The notes beneath the pieces were generated by a model. That model made no database searches. It was not told the DNA's origin and saw only the letters and a program-made list of their open reading frames with translations. A stretch of 19,759 nt of DNA from NCBI GenBank assembly GCA_029858565.1, contig JAOUEV010000058.1:1-19759 (forward strand). The letters run 5' to 3'. Made by a program: the position numbers and the translations under genes. Below are positions 15,072 to 19,759 of the stretch, piece by piece (the stretch's first letter is position 1; the number at the start of each line of letters is the position of its first letter). The DNA comes from Nitrospirota bacterium (GTDB lineage Bacteria > Nitrospirota > UBA9217).

Positions 15072-17380
15072 AGATGACCAGAAGACAGCTCCTGAAATAT
15101 TCGGCGGCCGTAGCGGCCGCGTCGGCGATCGGACTTGATATCGCGCTGCCCAAGGAACTTATGGGCGCCGAAGCCGATGTCGAGAAGTGGGTCAAAGGCG
15201 TTTGCCGTTATTGCGGCGCCGGATGCGGTGTCTATGCAGGCGTGAAAGGCGGAAAGGTCGTCGCGGTCAAAGGCGACAAGGACAACTGGAATAAGGGATT
15301 TCTCTGCCTCAAGGGCAACTTCCTGCCTGCGATCATGACCTCCCCGGACCGGGCGAAGTATCCCTTGCTCCGGAAAGGGAACGATTTCGTCAAGATCTCC
15401 TGGAAAGAGGCCATGGATCTCATGGTCGATAAGTTCGCTGCGGCCTACACTGCCGATCCCCAGTCCGTGGCGTTCTACGGGTCCGGTCAGGCTTATACCG
15501 AAGAGTCCTACTTCATGAACAAGGTGTTCAAGGGCGGCCTCGGCACGAACAATATCGACGGCAATCCCCGTCTCTGCATGGCTTCCGCGGCCGTGGGCTA
15601 TGTGTCGACCTTCGGCAAGGACGAGCCCATGGGCGCCTATGACGACATGTACCATGCCGACTGTTTCTTCATTGTCGGCTCGAACATGGCCGAGGCCCAT
15701 CCCGTGATCTTCCGCATCGTGAACGAGCAGAAGAAACGGGGGGCCAAGATTATCATGGTCGATCCCCGGAAGACCCTGTCCGCGAAGATCGCCGACCTGC
15801 ACATGAGCTTTACGCCGGGCACCGACCTGGCGATATTGAACGCCATGGCCCATGTGATCGTGAAGGAAAACCTCTACAGCAAGGAGTACGTGGAGAAGTA
15901 CACGGTCTTCAAGACCATGACCGATCCCGGTCCGCCGCCGAAGATCGAGAAGACGGACTGGAACGGTTATGTGAAGTTCCTGGAGGACTACTCTCCCGAG
16001 GCTGCGGAGAAGATCTCCGGCTGTCCCAAGGAGGACATCATCAAGGCCGCGCATCTGTTCGTCAAGTCCAAGGCGACCATGAGCTTCTGGTGCATGGGCC
16101 TGAACCAGCGCACCCGCGGCGTCTGGGTGAACAATATGATGCACAACCTCCATTTGCTCACCGGCCAGATCAACCGGCCCGGGGCAACGTCGTTCTCGCT
16201 CACCGGCCAGCCCAATGCCTGCGGCGGCGTGCGCGACGGCGGCCTTCTGAGCCATCTGCTGCCCTACGGCAGGCTGATCGCGAACGAGAAAGACCGCGAG
16301 GACATGGAGAAATTCTGGGGAGTTCCGGCGGGCCGGATCCAGCCCAAGCCCGGACCCACAGCGGTTGAGATGTTCCGGGACTTCGGCACAGGCAAGATCA
16401 AGGCAATGTGGATCGCCTGCACCAACCCCGGCCAGAGCCTGCCGAATGTGGACGCCTACCGGAAGGGCATGGAGTCGAACAATACCTTCCTGGTGGTTTC
16501 CGAGGCTTACCACCCGACCAAGACATCCGAACTGGCGGATCTGGTGCTGCCTGCAGCGCTCTGGGTCGAGAAGGACGGCACCTACGGCCAGTCCGAGCGG
16601 CGGTATCAGTACGTGGAGAAGGCGATCAATCCGCCGGCCGAGGCCCGTCCGGACCTGGACGTGATGATCGAGTTCGCGAACAAACTGTTCAAGAAGCTCG
16701 ATCTGGAACATGAGGCCAAAAAGCTATTCGCGTACAAGAACTCAGAGGATGTGTGGAACGAGATCCGGCTCTGCTCAAAGGGCACTGCCTACGATTTCAT
16801 GGGCATGACACGTGCGCGCATGAAAAAGGCCCACGGCATCCAGTGGCCCTGCCCCACGGAAGACCATCCGGGCACGCTGCGCCGCTACACGGCAAAGCAC
16901 GGCGATCCGCTGGTCAAGAAGTTCGATCCCAAGGCCGAAGACGTCTCCTTCTACGGCGCCAAAGGGGACGGCAACCGGGCCACGATCTGGCTCCGGCCCC
17001 ACAAGGGACCGGCAGAGCCGCCGGACGCGGAATATCCCTTTGCGCTCACCACGGGCCGCCAGATCGAGCACTGGCATACCGGCACCATGACGCTCAAGGT
17101 TCCGGAGCTGAAGCGGTCCGCGCCGACGGCCTACGTGGAGATCAACCCCCGCGACGCGGCGAAGCTGGGCGTCAAGTCCAAGGACAAGGTAAAGATCACC
17201 TCCCGGCGCGGTTCCATCGTGCTCGAGGCCAAGGTCATGGACGTGCCGCGCGACGGGCTGGTGTTCGTACCCATGCATTATCCTGACAAGATGATCAACA
17301 GTCTCACGAACGACGCCTTCGACGCCTTGTCCAAACAGCCGGAGTACAAGATCTGCGCGGTCAAGCTCGAAAAGGCCTGA
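15068..17380 (+). CDS. napA: Periplasmic nitrate reductase catalytic subunit
   Basis: Tat leader MTRRQLLK; [4Fe-4S] motif CRYCGAGC...CLKG; NPRLCMASA (Mo-ligating Cys); SLTGQPNACG; LTTGR...HWHTGTMT; SKQPEYKICAV. Confidence 0.96.
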   Translation: MKMTRRQLLKYSAAVAAASAIGLDIALPKELMGAEADVEKWVKGVCRYCGAGCGVYAGVKGGKVVAVKGDKDNWNKGFLCLKGNFLPAIMTSPDRAKYPLLRKGNDFVKISWKEAMDLMVDKFAAAYTADPQSVAFYGSGQAYTEESYFMNKVFKGGLGTNNIDGNPRLCMASAAVGYVSTFGKDEPMGAYDDMYHADCFFIVGSNMAEAHPVIFRIVNEQKKRGAKIIMVDPRKTLSAKIADLHMSFTPGTDLAILNAMAHVIVKENLYSKEYVEKYTVFKTMTDPGPPPKIEKTDWNGYVKFLEDYSPEAAEKISGCPKEDIIKAAHLFVKSKATMSFWCMGLNQRTRGVWVNNMMHNLHLLTGQINRPGATSFSLTGQPNACGGVRDGGLLSHLLPYGRLIANEKDREDMEKFWGVPAGRIQPKPGPTAVEMFRDFGTGKIKAMWIACTNPGQSLPNVDAYRKGMESNNTFLVVSEAYHPTKTSELADLVLPAALWVEKDGTYGQSERRYQYVEKAINPPAEARPDLDVMIEFANKLFKKLDLEHEAKKLFAYKNSEDVWNEIRLCSKGTAYDFMGMTRARMKKAHGIQWPCPTEDHPGTLRRYTAKHGDPLVKKFDPKAEDVSFYGAKGDGNRATIWLRPHKGPAEPPDAEYPFALTTGRQIEHWHTGTMTLKVPELKRSAPTAYVEINPRDAAKLGVKSKDKVKITSRRGSIVLEAKVMDVPRDGLVFVPMHYPDKMINSLTNDAFDALSKQPEYKICAVKLEKA

Positions 17381-17501
17381 TCGTTTCCGTGTCGCTATGG
17401 TAGCAGGATGCTGGACGCTGATGGGGCAGTGCCGCCCCCCCTCAGCCGACGGTCGCCCTGTCGGCGTTCAGCGGTTGTTCCCCAGGGAGAAAGGCGGAGG
17501 C

Positions 17502-17729
17502 ATGCCCGTTACGAGCGTCGTCGTAGAGGTTATAGAAGGAGTGAACGAAGACCTCCTCGGCCGCATCGCGCGCATACCGCGCGTCAACGTGTTCGGGATG
17601 AAGGGACAGCAGATCGTTACGGTGATCGAGGGGGACAACGTCCGGGACGTCGAGGACGTTGTCAGGACGATCCTGGAGATCGAGGGCGTCATCGGGGTCT
17701 ACCCCGTCTACTCAGGCGATTATGAATAG
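17502..17729 (+). CDS. napD: NapA-specific chaperone NapD
   Basis: GGAGG before ATG 17502; MPVTSVVV...QIVTVIEG...IEGVIGVYPVY matches the NapD pattern; directly follows napA. Confidence 0.88.
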   Translation: MPVTSVVVEVIEGVNEDLLGRIARIPRVNVFGMKGQQIVTVIEGDNVRDVEDVVRTILEIEGVIGVYPVYSGDYE

Positions 17730-18201
17730 CAAGCCGCTCAGGCCGCCGGGCGCGATTGCCGAGACAGATTTCCTGGCAACCTGCATCCGCTGCGGAAAAT
17801 GCGCACAGATCTGCCCCTACGGTTCCATCAGGACCGCGGGGTTCCTTGACGGCCCGGTGATGATGGGAACGCCGGTGATCGTTCCGCGAAGCAAGCCTTG
17901 CTATCTTTGCATGAAATGCCCGCCGGTCTGCCCGTCCGGAGCGCTTCGGCGCGAGATGAAACGGAAAGAGGATGTCCGGATGGGCATCGCGAAGATCGAC
18001 GACAAGGAGTGCCTTGCCTGGCAGGGGACTCTCTGCCGCAGCTGCTATGACGACTGCCCGCTCTTCGGCGAGGCGATCGTCATGGACAAGGAGCTGCGGC
18101 CGGTCGTCGATGAGAAGAAGTGCGTCGGCTGCGGCATCTGCGAGAACGTCTGTCCGGTGGAGGAACCGACCATCAAGGTCAGGCCGGGAGGACGAACGTG
18201 A
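17722..18201 (+). CDS. napG: Ferredoxin-type protein NapG (MauM/NapG family), no Tat leader
   Basis: LRPPGA...F..TCIRCGKC..ICP followed by three more four-Cys groups; MGIAKID...CLAW motif. Confidence 0.87.
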   Translation: MNSKPLRPPGAIAETDFLATCIRCGKCAQICPYGSIRTAGFLDGPVMMGTPVIVPRSKPCYLCMKCPPVCPSGALRREMKRKEDVRMGIAKIDDKECLAWQGTLCRSCYDDCPLFGEAIVMDKELRPVVDEKKCVGCGICENVCPVEEPTIKVRPGGRT

Positions 18202-18992
18202 CCATCCGTCGGGCCCGCAGGGCCGTCCAGATCCTGACGCTCGGCATGATCGTGCTCATCCCGATCCTGAACAGGGCCGAGATCACCTTCCTGTCGGGAA
18301 CGTTCTATTCCCTCGCCATCGGGCCGGTCTGGATCACCGATCCCATTATCGGGTTCCAGACGATGCTGACCTCGCTCAGGATCGACAAGGCATTGCTGCT
18401 GTCGATGGTCATCCCGCTGGCGGCCGCCGCGGTGCTCGGAAGGGTCTTCTGCAGCTGGATGTGCCCGCAGAACACCCTTTCCGAGTGGGTTGACCATCTT
18501 GCCGACCGGCTGAGCAGCAAGAGGATGTTCACGTTCCGGACACCCCGCCATGTGCGGACCGCGGTGACCGCAGCCGTGGTCCTGGCGGCGCCGCTGGCCG
18601 GTTTTCCCCTTGCCAGCCTGCTCTCGGCGCCGGGCATCATTTCCGCCCAGACCGCGCGGTTGATCAAGGAAGGAGCGGTCGGCGCCGAGGTCATCCTGAT
18701 CGCGGTGATCCTCATCGCCGAGCTGTTCGTGGCGAGGCGTGTCTGGTGCTCGACGCTCTGTCCCGTGGGCGGGTTCCTGGCGCTGTTCCGGTTCCGTCGA
18801 ACGATGCGGGTGGCGCTCGTGGAGGACGCGCAGCATCACTGCGGCCGCTGCCATGCCTGCGACGAAGCCTGCCAGCTGGGCCTCGCTCCGATGGCCGGGG
18901 ACATCCAGCCGGTCTGCCACAACTGCGGCGATTGCATCGATACCTGCGCACGGCTGCAGCACGGTGCGCGGCCGCTGGTCTTCAAACGCTAG
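18198..18992 (+). CDS. napH: Membrane ferredoxin-type protein NapH (MauN/NapH family)
   Basis: GTG start overlapping the napG stop (GTGA) after GGGAGGA; hydrophobic helices; GRVFCSWMCP and WCSTLCPVG motifs; two CxxCxxCxxxC motifs. Confidence 0.9.
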   Translation: MTIRRARRAVQILTLGMIVLIPILNRAEITFLSGTFYSLAIGPVWITDPIIGFQTMLTSLRIDKALLLSMVIPLAAAAVLGRVFCSWMCPQNTLSEWVDHLADRLSSKRMFTFRTPRHVRTAVTAAVVLAAPLAGFPLASLLSAPGIISAQTARLIKEGAVGAEVILIAVILIAELFVARRVWCSTLCPVGGFLALFRFRRTMRVALVEDAQHHCGRCHACDEACQLGLAPMAGDIQPVCHNCGDCIDTCARLQHGARPLVFKR

Positions 18993-19013
18993 TCCGCTGA
19001 AGAGGGGGTGCGC

Positions 19014-19679
19014 ATGGAGGATCGGACGACTGCCGTCCCGGCGGTCAAACAGGGATTCGAACAGGTCCTCGCGGAATCCGCCCGGACCCACGGTCATCTC
19101 TGCCCGGGGCAGGTGCTGGGGGTGCGGATGTCCCTGCTCGGACTGCGGGAGATCGGCATCGAGGACCCGAAGGGGCGGGACCGGAAGAACATCATCGTGT
19201 TCGTCGAGATGGACCGGTGCGCCACCGACGCCGTGCAGTCCGTGACCGGGTGCACGCTCGGCCACCGGACCATGAAGTTCCTGGACTTCGGAAAGATGGC
19301 GGCGACCTACGTCAATCTCAGGACCGGCAGGGCCGTGCGCATTGTTGCCCGTGACGATTCGCGGGAGCGGGCGCGGGAGCTGTTCCTGGGGATCGGCGAC
19401 AAGCACCGGGCGCAGCTTGAGGCGTACAAGATCATGTCCGATACGGAGCTGTTCATCACCCGGGAGGTGAGGGTCGAACTCCGGCCCGAGGATCTGCCGG
19501 GGCGGCCTCTGCGCCGCGTGCCCTGCGAGGCCTGCGGGGAGCAGGTCCAGGACCTGCGCGAAGTGGTCCGCGACGGCTCCGTCCTGTGCAGGGCATGCGC
19601 CGGGCAATCCTACTACACCACGGCCGGGAGTCCGGACGAAGAGCCGCTCCAGGCACCGGGAGGCGTCCATGTGCGATAG
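19014..19679 (+). CDS. FmdE family protein with C-terminal zinc finger
   Basis: HGHLCPGQVLGVRM, VEMDRCATDAVQ..TGCTLG, DFGKMAAT, and CEACGE...CRAC finger. Confidence 0.9.
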   Translation: MEDRTTAVPAVKQGFEQVLAESARTHGHLCPGQVLGVRMSLLGLREIGIEDPKGRDRKNIIVFVEMDRCATDAVQSVTGCTLGHRTMKFLDFGKMAATYVNLRTGRAVRIVARDDSRERARELFLGIGDKHRAQLEAYKIMSDTELFITREVRVELRPEDLPGRPLRRVPCEACGEQVQDLREVVRDGSVLCRACAGQSYYTTAGSPDEEPLQAPGGVHVR

Positions 19680-19759
19680 TCACGGCAGTGAGCAAAGCGC
19701 TTGCGGGAGCGCGGGCAGCGTCCCGGTGCACGAGGCGGTCGGCATGGTCCTGGCGCACG
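19669..19759 (+). CDS. Probable molybdopterin-binding (MoeA-like) protein, N-terminal fragment
   Basis: GGGAGG before ATG 19669; reads MCDSHGSEQSACGSAGSVPVHEAVGMVLAH to the window edge. VPVxEAVGMVLxH(D) resembles the start of molybdopterin-binding proteins; only 30 codons are visible. Confidence 0.6.
   Translation, partial: MCDSHGSEQSACGSAGSVPVHEAVGMVLAH

Noticed and set aside
15068-17380. Formate dehydrogenase or assimilatory nitrate reductase assignment
   Set aside because: RLCMASA (Met after the Cys, not His), Tat leader and napD/G/H neighbours indicate NapA.
2157-19670. Long minus-strand ORFs (e.g. 2157-3425, 6241-7674, 7915-9549, 12896-14194, 15047-16711, 18045-19670)
   Set aside because: Antisense shadows of well-supported plus-strand genes, common in GC-rich DNA; no recognisable domains.
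1-19759. tRNA, rRNA, CRISPR array, transposase or integrase
   Set aside because: No such sequence pattern or ORF was seen.

Overview
GC-rich bacterial window with every supported gene on the + strand; gene content resembles anaerobic Desulfobacterota (Geobacter-like) or Nitrospirota, but taxonomy cannot be fixed from the sequence. There are three blocks. (1) 1-9414 is a chemosensory/c-di-GMP cluster: the end of an MCP with a C-terminal pentapeptide, an internally deleted MCP, CheW, CheD, a STAS protein, three atypical stand-alone receiver proteins, three related small four-Cys proteins and a REC-3xPAS-2xGAF-HD-GYP protein. (2) 9633-12621 is a periplasmic multiheme cytochrome cluster: two hexaheme c7-type proteins, a hypothetical protein and a heptaheme protein. 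(3) 12908-end is a nitrate-ammonification operon: octaheme nitrite reductase, napM-napA-napD-napG-napH, an FmdE-family gene and the start of a molybdopterin-binding protein. The most notable observations are a near-identical four-repeat TT(A/T)AC promoter architecture in front of blocks 2 and 3, and a signalling cluster made of non-canonical receivers and paralogous Cys micro-proteins, several of which end in an Ala-Ala degron-like C-terminus.
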